A stretch of 64,000 bases of DNA from an uncultured Bacteroidota bacterium (GCA_902786595.1 CADADB010000001.1:3172-67171), one strand, 5' to 3'; numbered from the stretch's first letter, positions 15,638 through 25,670 are shown. The notes: generated by a model not told the origin, from the letters alone. Translations and numbers: made by a program.

Positions 15638-16870
15638 AATGTGTTATACACGATAGGGATTTGGTTTTACGGGCTGGGCATCCGGGTGGCGGCGCTGTTC
15701 AACGAAAAGGCGCGGTTGTGGGTGCGCGGGCGGAAGGGCTTGTTTGCTGAGCTGGAACGCACTTTCGACAGTAAATCAAATCCTGTGTGGATACATTGCG
15801 CTTCACTTGGCGAATACGAACAAGCCAAACCGCTGATCGAAAAGATTAAGCAGGAACAACCTGAAACCAAAATCCTTACCACCTTCTTCTCGCCGTCGGG
15901 CTATGTACAGGCCGTCAAGAAACCTCTTGCCGATTACAATTTCTACCTGCCGTTGGATTTGCCCCATAATGCAAGAAAGTTCCTTGATATCGTGCAACCC
16001 GCTTCAGCCATCTTTGTGAAATATGAGTTCTGGTATAACTTCATGCAGGAATTGCATCGAAAATCTATACCGTTTTATTACATAAGCGCGATTTTCAGAG
16101 AAACCCAGCATTTTTTCAAGCCCTCCGGCCGATGGTTTGCCAAGCAACTGCAACAAGCATCGCATTTCTTTGTGCAGACAGAAAAATCCAAAGAATTGTT
16201 GGAAGGTATTGGCATCAAACAGGTTACCGTTTGCGGTGACACCCGTTTCGACCGTGTGAAAGCCATCGCCGCGCAGGTGCAACCGTTCGATTTCATGGAA
16301 ACGTTCCGTGGCGACAAGAAAGTCATCGTGGCGGGCAGCACCTGGGGACCTGATGAGCAATTGCTGGCACAATTATTGCAACATTTCCCTAATTACAAAC
16401 TGGTCGTGGCACCTCACGAAATCAGCAGAACACCGGAAGTGAAGCAGACCTTCGCCGCATACAAAACCGCGATTTACTCGTCCAAGGAAGCGAGTAATTT
16501 AGCTGATGCTCAAGTGTTTATAATCGATACCATCGGCATCTTGAACCGTCTTTACCAATACAGCGCCGTTTCTTACATCGGCGGGGCGTTCAAGACGGGA
16601 CTGCACAACATTTTGGAAGCGGCTGTCTATGGAAAACCCATTTTCTTTGGCCCGCACTACGACCATTTCAACGAAGCAATCAACTTAGTCACGCTAAAAG
16701 GTGCCTTTTCGGTGGCTTCCGCAGACGAAATGCATTCTATTATGACACAATTCGAACAGCATCCTGAATACTATGCCCAAACATGCGATATTTGTCAGGA
16801 ATATGTGGCGCAGAATTCAGGTGCAGTTAACATTATATACGAAAACATCAAAATCAAAAATTCATATTAA
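15635..16870 (+). CDS. waaA: 3-deoxy-D-manno-octulosonic acid (Kdo) transferase
   Basis: VWIHCASLGEYEQAKPLIE and FFSPSGY motifs. Length is 411 aa. Confidence 0.85.
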   Translation: MNVLYTIGIWFYGLGIRVAALFNEKARLWVRGRKGLFAELERTFDSKSNPVWIHCASLGEYEQAKPLIEKIKQEQPETKILTTFFSPSGYVQAVKKPLADYNFYLPLDLPHNARKFLDIVQPASAIFVKYEFWYNFMQELHRKSIPFYYISAIFRETQHFFKPSGRWFAKQLQQASHFFVQTEKSKELLEGIGIKQVTVCGDTRFDRVKAIAAQVQPFDFMETFRGDKKVIVAGSTWGPDEQLLAQLLQHFPNYKLVVAPHEISRTPEVKQTFAAYKTAIYSSKEASNLADAQVFIIDTIGILNRLYQYSAVSYIGGAFKTGLHNILEAAVYGKPIFFGPHYDHFNEAINLVTLKGAFSVASADEMHSIMTQFEQHPEYYAQTCDICQEYVAQNSGAVNIIYENIKIKNSY

Positions 16871-16882
16871 AACTTTAATACA

Positions 16883-17482
16883 ATGGGTAAATTATTAAAA
16901 ACTATCTTGATTATTGTTGTCATCATTGTCGCTTTGGGCGCCATGTTAGTTTCACCTTACAACAAAATGGTCCAGAAGGACGAGGGGTGCTCCAAGGCGT
17001 GGGCCAATGTAGAGAATGCCTATCAGCGCCGTATGGACTTGATTCCCAACTTGGTGAAGACTGTCGAGGGTGCTGCGAACTATGAAAAGGGAACTCTGAC
17101 AGAGGTCATTGAAGCACGTGCTAAAGCCACATCCGTGCAAGTGGATCCCAGCAACCTGACGGAAGAGTCTCTTGCCAAGTTCCAAGCTGCGCAGGATCAA
17201 CTGAGTTCCGCTTTAAGCCGTTTGATGGTGGTCGTGGAACGCTATCCCGAACTGAAGGCCAACCAAAACTTCCTGGAACTGCAAGCGCAGTTGGAAGGCA
17301 CGGAGAACCGCATCGCAGTGGAGCGCGGCAAATTCAACGAAACGGTGAACGACTACAACAGCTACATCCGCCGTTTCCCGAACAACATCATCGCCGGTAT
17401 TTTCAACTTCGACAAGAAGGGATATTTCAAGGCAGCTGAAGGGGCAGACAAAGCTCCCGATGTGGAATTTAACTTCAACTAA
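16883..17482 (+). CDS. lemA: LemA-family protein
   Basis: N-terminal TM segment followed by YNKMV...AWANVENAYQRRMDLIPNLV, the LemA signature. Confidence 0.85.
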   Translation: MGKLLKTILIIVVIIVALGAMLVSPYNKMVQKDEGCSKAWANVENAYQRRMDLIPNLVKTVEGAANYEKGTLTEVIEARAKATSVQVDPSNLTEESLAKFQAAQDQLSSALSRLMVVVERYPELKANQNFLELQAQLEGTENRIAVERGKFNETVNDYNSYIRRFPNNIIAGIFNFDKKGYFKAAEGADKAPDVEFNFN

Positions 17483-17499
17483 TCAAATTTTATTCAGCG

Positions 17500-18312
17500 T
17501 TGAAACGTCTGATATTCATATTGTTCGCCATTGCGGTCGTATGGACGGGAACGGCTAAGGACTCGGACGGGATTCCGCCCGCGCCGAACCCGCCACGGCT
17601 GGTCAACGACTTTGCCGGTCTTCTTACGAGCGAGCAGATTCAAGAGAAGGAGCGATTGTTGGTGGATTTCAACGATTCGACCACCAACGTCATTTGTGTG
17701 GTGACGGTCAACGACTTGGGAGATTACACCGCTGCAGAGTTCGCCTACGAGATCGGTGAACAATGGGGTGTCCGCTCCACCGATGACAAACGCAACGGCG
17801 TAGTGTTGTTGCTGAAACCCCGCAACGAGACCTCCGGAGAAGTCTATATCGCGGTGGGTTACGACCTTGAGGGTGCTATCCCCGATGCTATTGCGAAACG
17901 CATCATCGAGACGAAGATGATGCCTGCTCTGCGCGAAGGCGATTACAACGCGGCCATCGACTCCGCTTTGGCGTATATTCTGCCCTTGGCGGCGGGTGAA
18001 ATCAGCGTGGAGCGGCTGTATGACGATTCTGGATCCGTCGCAGAGGTAATCCTGACCATCTTTTTTATTATCGTCATCGTGCTGGTCATCATCCTTTTTT
18101 CCAAAAAGCATCCCAACGGCTTCGGCGGCGGCAGTCACTACGACGGCGGCACCTTCTTCCCTCCCACTACCCGCTACGGTGGCAACTGGTCCGACTTCGG
18201 CGGCGGTTTCGGCGGCGGAAGCTTCGGTGGAGGCAGTTTCGGCGGCGGTGGATTCGGAGGATTCGGCGGCGGCGGCGGATTTGGCGGCGGTGGCGCCGGC
18301 GGACGATTCTAA
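17500..18312 (+). CDS. TPM-domain protein (YgcG-like) with a TM segment and Gly-rich tail
   Basis: TTG start as in the ORF track. VNDFAGLLT...VVTV matches a TPM domain. The C-terminus is a GGGFGGGSFGGG low-complexity tail. LemA-TPM is the usual pairing. Confidence 0.75.
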   Translation: MKRLIFILFAIAVVWTGTAKDSDGIPPAPNPPRLVNDFAGLLTSEQIQEKERLLVDFNDSTTNVICVVTVNDLGDYTAAEFAYEIGEQWGVRSTDDKRNGVVLLLKPRNETSGEVYIAVGYDLEGAIPDAIAKRIIETKMMPALREGDYNAAIDSALAYILPLAAGEISVERLYDDSGSVAEVILTIFFIIVIVLVIILFSKKHPNGFGGGSHYDGGTFFPPTTRYGGNWSDFGGGFGGGSFGGGSFGGGGFGGFGGGGGFGGGGAGGRF

Positions 18313-18343
18313 TGATGAATTATGAATGATGAATTATGAATTA
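18310..18343. repeat. C-free 2 x 14-mer TGATGAATTATGAA spanning stop and start
   Basis: taaTGATGAATTATGAATGATGAATTATGAAttac. The pyrC ATG (18336) lies in unit 2. Confidence 0.85.
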
Positions 18344-19688
18344 CTACATCAAAAATGCGACAATAATTAATGAAGGTGAGTCCTTTATGGCTCACCTTTA
18401 TATTAAGGACGGCATAATCGCCAAGATCGTGCGCGATGGCGAGACTTTTGAGCCAGAAAACGCGCAGGTTATTGACGCCCGGGGCAAATACCTTATTCCC
18501 GGAGTCATTGACGAGCATGTGCACTTCCGGGAACCTGGTCTGACTGCCAAAGCTGACATTTGCAGTGAGAGCCGGGCGGCGGTGGCGGGCGGCGTGACTT
18601 CCTTTATGGAGATGCCCAACACCATGCCTCAAACCACCACGCAAGCGCTGCTACAGGAGAAATTCAATCTCGCCGCAGAGAAATCATTGGCTAACTATTC
18701 GTTCTATATCGGTGCTACCAACGACAATCTGGACGAAATAGTGAAAACTGATCCCACGAAAGTCTGTGGCGTTAAGCTTTTTATGGGATCCAGTACGGGT
18801 AACATGTTGGTGGATAAGGATTCTGTGTTGGAAACTCTGTTCAAAGAGTCACCTTGCTTGATTGCCGCTCATTGTGAGGATGAGGAAATTGTTAAACGAA
18901 ATACATTGTATTATAAGGAGTTAGCAGAAAAACACGAAATAGTTCCAAACGCTAGTATTCATCCATTGGTGCGCTCGGAAGAGGCCTGCTATCGCTCGAC
19001 CGAAAAAGCTGTCGCATTGGCGACAAAAACGGGTGCTCGATTGCATGTCATGCACATTTCCACCCGCGCGGAATTACTGCTGTTTCAAAATACTATTCCT
19101 CTAAAATCCAAGAAGATAACAGCAGAAACTTGCCCTCATTATCTGATATTTGACGACAGAGACTATGATTCACTTGGTTTCGCTATCAAGTGTAATCCAG
19201 CCATCAAGTCGGCGCATGACAAACGCGCGCTTTGGCGTGGGGTGCAAGATGGCTACATCGACACTATCGGTTCTGACCATGCGCCGCATCTCCGTGAGGA
19301 CAAGTTCACAGACAACTACTTCACTGCCAAATCGGGCTTCCCTTCCATTCAGCACAATTTCGTGCTCATGTCAGATAGATTTAATCGCAACAAACTGAAA
19401 ATTACTGATTTAGTGAGTTTGATGTGCCATAACCCTGCCACTTTGTACCGGATTGACCGCCGCGGCTTCATTCGTGAAGGTTATCATGCGGATTTGGCGT
19501 TAGTGGATACAAACGTCAACAAATTGATTACCAACGAAGAAGTTTGTTACAAATGTGGATGGACCCCATACGACGGAACTGCAATTCATACCCAAGTGAC
19601 CCACACTTTCGTTAATGGGAACTTAGTGTATGAGAACGGGATTTATTATGAGAATTCTAGAGGGGAACGTTTGATTTTCAATGTTTAA
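18336..19688 (+). CDS. pyrC: Dihydroorotase-type cyclic amidohydrolase
   Basis: PGVIDEHVHFREPG metal-binding motif and a later DHAPH. At 450 aa it matches the long Bacteroidales dihydroorotases. Confidence 0.7.
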   Translation: MNYYIKNATIINEGESFMAHLYIKDGIIAKIVRDGETFEPENAQVIDARGKYLIPGVIDEHVHFREPGLTAKADICSESRAAVAGGVTSFMEMPNTMPQTTTQALLQEKFNLAAEKSLANYSFYIGATNDNLDEIVKTDPTKVCGVKLFMGSSTGNMLVDKDSVLETLFKESPCLIAAHCEDEEIVKRNTLYYKELAEKHEIVPNASIHPLVRSEEACYRSTEKAVALATKTGARLHVMHISTRAELLLFQNTIPLKSKKITAETCPHYLIFDDRDYDSLGFAIKCNPAIKSAHDKRALWRGVQDGYIDTIGSDHAPHLREDKFTDNYFTAKSGFPSIQHNFVLMSDRFNRNKLKITDLVSLMCHNPATLYRIDRRGFIREGYHADLALVDTNVNKLITNEEVCYKCGWTPYDGTAIHTQVTHTFVNGNLVYENGIYYENSRGERLIFNV

Positions 19689-21201
19689 TTCGCAACACTT
19701 TTCTTACAAGACTGTTTAGATCCTCAGAAATGTGCCAGGAGTAGCTCAATCCAACAGACACGACAAGCAGGACTAAACTCTTGAAGGTTGCATCTGCCAT
19801 TGTGTCCATCAGCATGGAGAAAGGCAGTTTCATAAATAGTGGGGTAATCAATTTAACCCAGCCGAAATTCAGAAGCAACAACCCTGCAATGAGGGCGACC
19901 ACCTTGAGTTGTGCTACGGATAAAATATTAATATCCAGTTTAATACGAATTACTATCAAGAGACAGAGGTAAAAAGTCAAGTAGGAAAAAAGGTGGGACA
20001 AGGCAGCACCATCCATACCTAAGCGTGGAATGAGCAACACGTTCAGAACCACTGCCATAGAGGTCAACATAACGGTGAAAACCAGCGACCAATAGTAGTA
20101 TTTGGAGTAGTTGAGCGCGCTCGAGCTGACGAATAGGGTAGAGTTAAAGAATTTGGCTATGCCGAGAATCAGGACCACGCTCTTTCCCGCTTCGTAGGCC
20201 TCACCGTTCGGCAGAAGCAGGAAAAGTGCGTCAAGGTTAATCCAAATGAAGATAAAGATGAGCGCACTCGACAGCATCAGATGCAAAGACACGGATTTGC
20301 AAAGTGTTTCGGCTCTCAAGAAGTCGTTGTTCTTGATTGATTCGGAAATCTCCGGCTGTACGATGGCATTGAGCGAGCGGTTCGGCACTTCCACCACTGT
20401 GGCGATGTAGTTGGCGATAGCATAAATGCCGGTGAATGTGAGTCCCATGCCTGCACTGACAAAAAAGGTGTTCAGCAGAGGCATCACATTTACCGTGACA
20501 GCGTTCAGTAGCATGAAAATGGTATAGAACCCGATATCTTTGAGCAGAGGTCTTGTAAATATCTTGAAATCAGGTTTGAATGAAATTCTGCCCAACGTGA
20601 GCAGATAGAAGAAGTCAACGAGCGCAGCGATAAAATAGGTGATGCAAATCCCGATGACAAGTCCGTCCAGGTCAATGACACACCAATACCCATACAACAA
20701 GTAGGTCAGCAGTAGCCCGACGCGTACGCCCACCTCACGCACAAACTTCGGCACCACGATGCGCATCAGCACATTGGCATTCGCCTCGAATACCGACTGA
20801 TAGAGCATGAACACCGAGAGAGGGAAGACGAACCGGTAATAGTTGACAAAGAGTTCCGAATTTTTTGAAAAAGTTTGTATGACTGTGCCTTCCAAGCATT
20901 TGGCCACAATAAAGAAGAGAAGAAAACCGCCGATTGGGACGATTAGCGTCCAAAAGAAAAAGCCGTGGTGTTTCTCTTTCTCGTCTTTGAAATAGGGGAA
21001 GAATCGTATGATGGAAGAGCTGGTGCCGAGCTGGGCGAAGCTGGCAAACAAAACGCCGGCATCGATGAGTACGCGACTGAGGCCGATTTCCTCTTGTGTC
21101 AAATACTTGGTGACAATAAAAAACGTGGTGATGAAGCCGATGGCTATCCCCACGTAGTTGACTATCGTGCCTTTAATGCTTTGTTTGATGACTATTCCCA
21201 T
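19678..21201 (-). CDS. Polysaccharide/oligosaccharide flippase (Wzx/MOP superfamily)
   Basis: 507 aa with about 12-14 TM segments. The N-terminus IKQSIKGTIVNYVGIAIGF is typical of the family. Its 3' end overlaps the pyrC 3' end by 11 nt in convergent orientation. Confidence 0.7.
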   Translation of the reverse strand: MGIVIKQSIKGTIVNYVGIAIGFITTFFIVTKYLTQEEIGLSRVLIDAGVLFASFAQLGTSSSIIRFFPYFKDEKEKHHGFFFWTLIVPIGGFLLFFIVAKCLEGTVIQTFSKNSELFVNYYRFVFPLSVFMLYQSVFEANANVLMRIVVPKFVREVGVRVGLLLTYLLYGYWCVIDLDGLVIGICITYFIAALVDFFYLLTLGRISFKPDFKIFTRPLLKDIGFYTIFMLLNAVTVNVMPLLNTFFVSAGMGLTFTGIYAIANYIATVVEVPNRSLNAIVQPEISESIKNNDFLRAETLCKSVSLHLMLSSALIFIFIWINLDALFLLLPNGEAYEAGKSVVLILGIAKFFNSTLFVSSSALNYSKYYYWSLVFTVMLTSMAVVLNVLLIPRLGMDGAALSHLFSYLTFYLCLLIVIRIKLDINILSVAQLKVVALIAGLLLLNFGWVKLITPLFMKLPFSMLMDTMADATFKSLVLLVVSVGLSYSWHISEDLNSLVRKVLRIKH

Positions 21202-21272
21202 GATGTTCTGGATTTTCCTGTAAAGATGATGTGCCCATCGTCTTTACAGATGGCAAAACCGTCAGTTAGGTG

Positions 21273-22904
21273 TTACTTTTTGGGAATTTTCAGCTTTTGC
21301 CCGATCTTGATGGCATCCTTGTTGGCGAGGTGGTTGTATTGGGCGATATCGTTCGCAGTGGTCCCGTAACGTCTTGCTATAGAGGAGAGAGTGTCCCCTT
21401 GGCGGATGGTGTAGGAGGTGTAGTTCATCTGTTGCTGCACGGGCTTGATTTCCGGTTTCGGCTGTGAGGGTACAGGGCCGCCAATGGTATCGCTTTTCGT
21501 TGCTGAAGAATCTGCGGATACATTGTCTGCAATGGCTTTAGTGGAATCTTGTGAGGCCGGCTTGTAGTTGGGGTTGGGAACTTTCACCGTGGCGCCTTTC
21601 TTCACCATCAGCTTTTGACCGACACGCAAATTAGTGCTGCGCAGATGGTTCAAGGACTTGATATTGTTAACCGATGTATGGTATTTTGCCGCGATTTTGC
21701 CTAATGTTTCACCTTTTTTCACTACATGATACTTGTTAGGCGTTTGCTGCACAATCATCATGCCGTCGTCAGAAACAGTGCTATTCGATGCCACCAAGTT
21801 CAAGTTTTTCGTCGGGTTAAAGTAAGTGTCGTAGTTGTATTTTGGAATGGAGTCACTCATGGCGATATAATGCAGGATGTCGTTGGAGCGGAGCCGCACT
21901 GGCATGGGCTGGTTGAAGGCAGGAATGATGTCTTTCTTGTATTGCGGGTTCAGCGATTTGATCTCGTCATAACTGACGTTCAGCACATTGGCAATTTGTT
22001 GGAAGTGAGTTTCCTTATTGATCATGATGGTGTCCACATCCAACGGGATGGAAATGTTCGCGGGTTGAATGCCGTAAAGGTTATGGTAGGTCATCATGTA
22101 CATGGCCCCGATGAAGGCGGGGAAATAGTTCTGAGTTTCGCGGGGGAGGTAGTTGCAAACACTCCAGAAGTCGGTTTTGCCGCCGGAGCGTTGGATGGCT
22201 TTGCGCACGTTGCCCGCACCGCAGTTGTAAGCGGAAATAGCCAATCCCCAGTCACCGAAGATGTTGTAGAGATCGCGGAAATGACGGGCAGCGGCATCGG
22301 TGGCTTTGTAGGGGTCGCGGCGGTCATCCACGTATGAGGTGACCTCCAAGCCGTAGAGTTTGCCAGTGCCGTACATGAACTGCCAGATGCCGGTAGCACC
22401 CGCAGGGGATACCGCAGTAGGATTCAACGCCGATTCGATAATGGTGATATAGACCAGCTCCTCGGGCAGATCGTATTTGTCGAAAATGGCTTTCATCCAC
22501 GGGTAATAGTATTGCGCCAAACCCAGAATCACCGACGAACTGCGCTGACGCTGAACGGAATAGAGTTCAATGAAGCGTTTCACCTTGTCGTTGTAAGCCA
22601 CTTGGATCGGAGTTTCAATGGCACTCAAGCGCTTGAAAATCAAAGTGTCGTTATTGTCGTATTTGGTGGTGTCATCGGTCAGTTTGGAAAGTACGGAGTT
22701 TTGGGAGGCGAGGTCGCGCTTCACGTACCAGACATTCAGCAGCGAATCCATCAGTCGAATCTCCTTGCGGGTGAAAATTTCCAAACTCTCTTGGGTGGTA
22801 TTGTTGAGGGATGAATCAGCAGCGTTCTGTTCCGGTTGAGCGTTCAGACACCATGCAAATCCGCACAACAATGTAAATATCAATATTCTAAATCTCATAT
22901 TCAA
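21273..22904 (-). CDS. Membrane-bound lytic murein transglycosylase (SLT domain) with C-terminal LysM repeats
   Basis: The SLT catalytic region is IIESALNPTAVSPAGATGIWQFM. The LysM-like repeats include YHVVKKGETLGKIAAKY and YTIRQGDTLSSIARRYG. Confidence 0.8.
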   Translation of the reverse strand: MNMRFRILIFTLLCGFAWCLNAQPEQNAADSSLNNTTQESLEIFTRKEIRLMDSLLNVWYVKRDLASQNSVLSKLTDDTTKYDNNDTLIFKRLSAIETPIQVAYNDKVKRFIELYSVQRQRSSSVILGLAQYYYPWMKAIFDKYDLPEELVYITIIESALNPTAVSPAGATGIWQFMYGTGKLYGLEVTSYVDDRRDPYKATDAAARHFRDLYNIFGDWGLAISAYNCGAGNVRKAIQRSGGKTDFWSVCNYLPRETQNYFPAFIGAMYMMTYHNLYGIQPANISIPLDVDTIMINKETHFQQIANVLNVSYDEIKSLNPQYKKDIIPAFNQPMPVRLRSNDILHYIAMSDSIPKYNYDTYFNPTKNLNLVASNSTVSDDGMMIVQQTPNKYHVVKKGETLGKIAAKYHTSVNNIKSLNHLRSTNLRVGQKLMVKKGATVKVPNPNYKPASQDSTKAIADNVSADSSATKSDTIGGPVPSQPKPEIKPVQQQMNYTSYTIRQGDTLSSIARRYGTTANDIAQYNHLANKDAIKIGQKLKIPKK

Positions 22905-23037
22905 AACTTATAAAACAATAAATATCAAGAAGTTAAGATTTCTTGACATCAAAAAAATTTCACCTGTTTTTCTTAATTTAATCAAACAGATTGAAATTTG
23001 AGGCCACAAAAATACGATTTTTTTAACGTGGTCCCTA

Positions 23038-24537
23038 TTATTTTATTGTATAATTGTTCCATTTTAATTCCTTACCCTCTTTGAATAAGGTAGTTATGGA
23101 TAAAATTCCTTCTTCGTTATAAAGTTGCCAGATTCCTTCCTGTAATCCGTTTTCGTATTTTCCGGTCAGTCGGATATTGCCGTTTTCCCAATAGGAAGTG
23201 TATTTCCCGTCCATAATGTTTTCGGAATATTGGATTTCGGATGCGATTTTGCCATTCTCGAACCATGATTTCCAAATCCCCTCACGCAATCCGCCTTCGT
23301 AACGACCCGTTTCAATGGAAGAACCATTACGGTAAGCCCAAACGCCCTCTTCATATCCTGCGGAGTATTGTCCTTGTGTGAGGACAGTGCCTTCTTCGTC
23401 ATACTCCACATAACGGCCTTCCAGCTCCCCGTCTTCGTAATTGGCAACGGTCATGGTGTCACCGGTGGGGTAAAACCATAGCCATTCACCGATTTTCTGC
23501 CCCTTAGCATTATAACTGCCTGTTATTTCGATTGTTTTGTCTGTGAAATAGAAATTCCACTCCCCAATGGGTTTGGAATTCTTGTATTTGCCCATGGAGC
23601 GAAGTTCGCCAGTGGGGTAGAACTCTTTCCAAAGTCCTTGGCGCAGGCCGTTGAGGTCGGTGATGCCTTCATAGCGAAGCCATCCGTCTTCATATAGATA
23701 GCCGTTGGTGATTTTACCGGTGGAATCAAAGTCGCGGCGCACACCGTCGGGACGACCGTTGTAGTAGGTGGCGGCGATGGCAACCTGCCCGTTGGAGTGA
23801 TACGTGTGGCGGCGTTCCAACTCCTTGGTCTCCTTGGCGTCCTTCACCAGTTGGTCGTTCTCATACTTCTCCACATATAGAAAATCGCCGTTTTCATCAT
23901 AATATTTGAAGAAACCGTGCTTCTTGTCGTTGAGGTATTGAGCTTCGATTCGTATGTTGCCGTTAGCCCAAAAGTATTTCCAGCTGCCCTGCTTGAGCCC
24001 GAATTTGTCGGTCCGGTTGATAACCTCCCGCCTGCTGCGAACGCCGCGGTAATACTTCGTCACGGCCACCACAAGCCCGGTATCATTGAATTCCTTGGCC
24101 AAACCGTGTGGCAACCCATTCATATACGGTACAGATTTCTTCAAAACATCATCTGCTGTGAATGTGTTCACACTACCGACTATCGTATCTTCATGCCAGT
24201 GGGTGATAGTGTATTCATCTCTTTGATAGACAATCTGTTCTCCTTCTTTTTTGTCCTCTTTGTAATGCACTTTCATCCGAATGGAAGCGTCATCGTTGTA
24301 AAAGGTCCAAAGACTGTCGAGAAGGAAATTTTTACGGTTTCCTTCAGAAATGAGAATCCCTTTTTCATTGTAGGATTTCCACCAGCCGTCGGGTTTGCCA
24401 TCCACCAAGCGGCCTTCACTCGACTTCACGCCGGTGGGGTAATAAAATATCTTGTAATCAGGCAAAAAAGTAGAGTCTTGAGCTTGGCAAAACACCCATC
24501 CCAACAGGAAGAAGAGCCCAAGAGTCCACTTTTTCAT
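23038..24537 (-). CDS. Secreted MORN-variant (YwqK-like) repeat protein
   Basis: Signal peptide plus about 15 repeats of the G.W..Y..NG....G.Y..G...G.W type. Confidence 0.7.
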   Translation of the reverse strand: MKKWTLGLFFLLGWVFCQAQDSTFLPDYKIFYYPTGVKSSEGRLVDGKPDGWWKSYNEKGILISEGNRKNFLLDSLWTFYNDDASIRMKVHYKEDKKEGEQIVYQRDEYTITHWHEDTIVGSVNTFTADDVLKKSVPYMNGLPHGLAKEFNDTGLVVAVTKYYRGVRSRREVINRTDKFGLKQGSWKYFWANGNIRIEAQYLNDKKHGFFKYYDENGDFLYVEKYENDQLVKDAKETKELERRHTYHSNGQVAIAATYYNGRPDGVRRDFDSTGKITNGYLYEDGWLRYEGITDLNGLRQGLWKEFYPTGELRSMGKYKNSKPIGEWNFYFTDKTIEITGSYNAKGQKIGEWLWFYPTGDTMTVANYEDGELEGRYVEYDEEGTVLTQGQYSAGYEEGVWAYRNGSSIETGRYEGGLREGIWKSWFENGKIASEIQYSENIMDGKYTSYWENGNIRLTGKYENGLQEGIWQLYNEEGILSITTLFKEGKELKWNNYTIK

Positions 24538-24551
24538 TGAGGTAGAAATAA

Positions 24552-24989
24552 TTATTTCGTGCCGACAAATTTGACAATACTCACACGGGTGTTGAGCAGA
24601 TTCCCTATCAGCGCCACTTCATAGAACATGTCCAGATTCACCGTGTTGCCTTCAAATGTGGCTTCCACTCTCACGTTTTTGATCTGTTCAGTTGCGGCAT
24701 TGTAGATGTTGCTTTGGCTGCCGACATATTGCAGAAGTTGGGTTACAAGTTCCGCATTGTTATCATTCGAAATGTAAACGTTGGAAGAAACGGGATTGAT
24801 TGGGACCACACCATAGACTAACAAACCGGAAGTCAAGGGGTTGGAAACCAACCGCAAGTTGCCGCTTTTAGTGACGTTGTTCGTGACGAATGTGAACGTG
24901 CCGGAATACTTTCCGGCATACGGATTCGTGCTGTTACAAGATACCAGCGCGAGAACCACAGCAAAAAGAACAATAACAAGTTTTTTCAT
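24552..24989 (-). CDS. Hypothetical lipoprotein
   Basis: I trimmed the ORF to MKKLVIVLFAVVLALVSC (lipobox). No family assigned. Confidence 0.55.
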   Translation of the reverse strand: MKKLVIVLFAVVLALVSCNSTNPYAGKYSGTFTFVTNNVTKSGNLRLVSNPLTSGLLVYGVVPINPVSSNVYISNDNNAELVTQLLQYVGSQSNIYNAATEQIKNVRVEATFEGNTVNLDMFYEVALIGNLLNTRVSIVKFVGTK

Positions 24990-25118
24990 TTTTTTATTTG
25001 TATTAGGATTATTTTCAAATGGCAAAAATACAAAAAACATTCAAAAGATGTGACGCATATTGGATGGTTTAAAAAAAAATATATTTTTGCAGTCGAAATC
25101 TTAAGATGATTATTGTAC

Positions 25119-25328
25119 ATGAAGAAAGTTATTCTGATAGCGGTTTTGTTAGTAATGGCTGTTTTTGTCCTGCCATCGTGCAACCATCAATGCGTGTGCA
25201 CTTTGTATGAGAATGGTCAGGTCGTAGGTGTTTCCACGGAAGTGGTTCACATGAAGTCATGTTCGTCAAGGAACACGGTAGTGGAAACTCCATTTGGCAA
25301 AATGGGGTTGGAGTGTGTAAAAGAATGA
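25119..25328 (+). CDS. Small Cys-rich lipoprotein, paralog 1
   Basis: I trimmed the TTG start to the ATG at 25119. The protein is MKKVILIAVLLVMAVFVLPSC|NHQCVCTLYENGQVVG...SCS..NTV...G.ECV. A TATTTTTG box lies at 25082-25089. Confidence 0.6.
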   Translation: MKKVILIAVLLVMAVFVLPSCNHQCVCTLYENGQVVGVSTEVVHMKSCSSRNTVVETPFGKMGLECVKE

Positions 25329-25383
25329 TAATTACATTGTTATAAAATCAATAACCTATTATAACCCATTAAAATTTAGAAAA

Positions 25384-25608
25384 ATGAAAAAAGTAATGGC
25401 AATTTTTGGTGCCGCATTATTGCTGGCCGGTGTTGCAACTTCTTGCAACAAGAAATGTGAATGCAAAACCTATGCCGCAGGCGTGGTTGTTGGCAATCCC
25501 TATGAAGTGGAATTAGACAAAGATTCTTACAAGAAATGTTCTGATATGAACACCGTCACAATGTTGGGTGGTGTGAAAACAGGCATTGAATGCACTTCAA
25601 AATTCTAA
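25384..25608 (+). CDS. Small Cys-rich lipoprotein, paralog 2
   Basis: MKKVMAIFGAALLLAGVATSC|NKKCECKTYAAGVVVG...KCSDMNTV...GIECT. The Cys spacing matches paralog 1. Confidence 0.6.
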   Translation: MKKVMAIFGAALLLAGVATSCNKKCECKTYAAGVVVGNPYEVELDKDSYKKCSDMNTVTMLGGVKTGIECTSKF

Positions 25609-25632
25609 GCAATTTATCTTAGATGTATCCTC

Positions 25633-25661
25633 AGCCGCGGCACTTCACCGCGGCTTTTTTT
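25633..25661 (+). terminator. Intrinsic terminator
   Basis: AGCCGCGG-cacttca-CCGCGGCT followed by TTTTTT. Confidence 0.8.
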
Positions 25662-25662
25662 G

Positions 25663-25670
25663 TATCTTTG
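25663..25670 (+). promoter_or_regulatory. -7 promoter box TATCTTTG(CCGCC) for rimO
   Basis: It sits directly after the terminator, 19 nt before the ATG at 25689. Confidence 0.55.

Noticed and set aside
18120-18309. GGC/GGA-rich tandem repetition at the 3' end of the TPM-domain gene
   Set aside because: It is in frame and encodes a Gly-rich tail (GGGFGGGSFGGG...). My recollection is that such tails are common on YgcG/TPM proteins. I treat it as coding low complexity, not a separate element.
19678-19688. 11-nt convergent overlap of the pyrC and flippase 3' ends
   Set aside because: The overlap is real but small and leaves no terminator space. It is a common arrangement and I could not extract any further signal.
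21218-21249. 12-bp hairpin (CTGTAAAGATGA / TCGTCTTTACAG) between the lytic transglycosylase and flippase genes
   Set aside because: It is a plausible attenuator or processing site, but no T-run follows on the transcribed strand and no second copy exists in the window. It is too weak to call a terminator or repeat.
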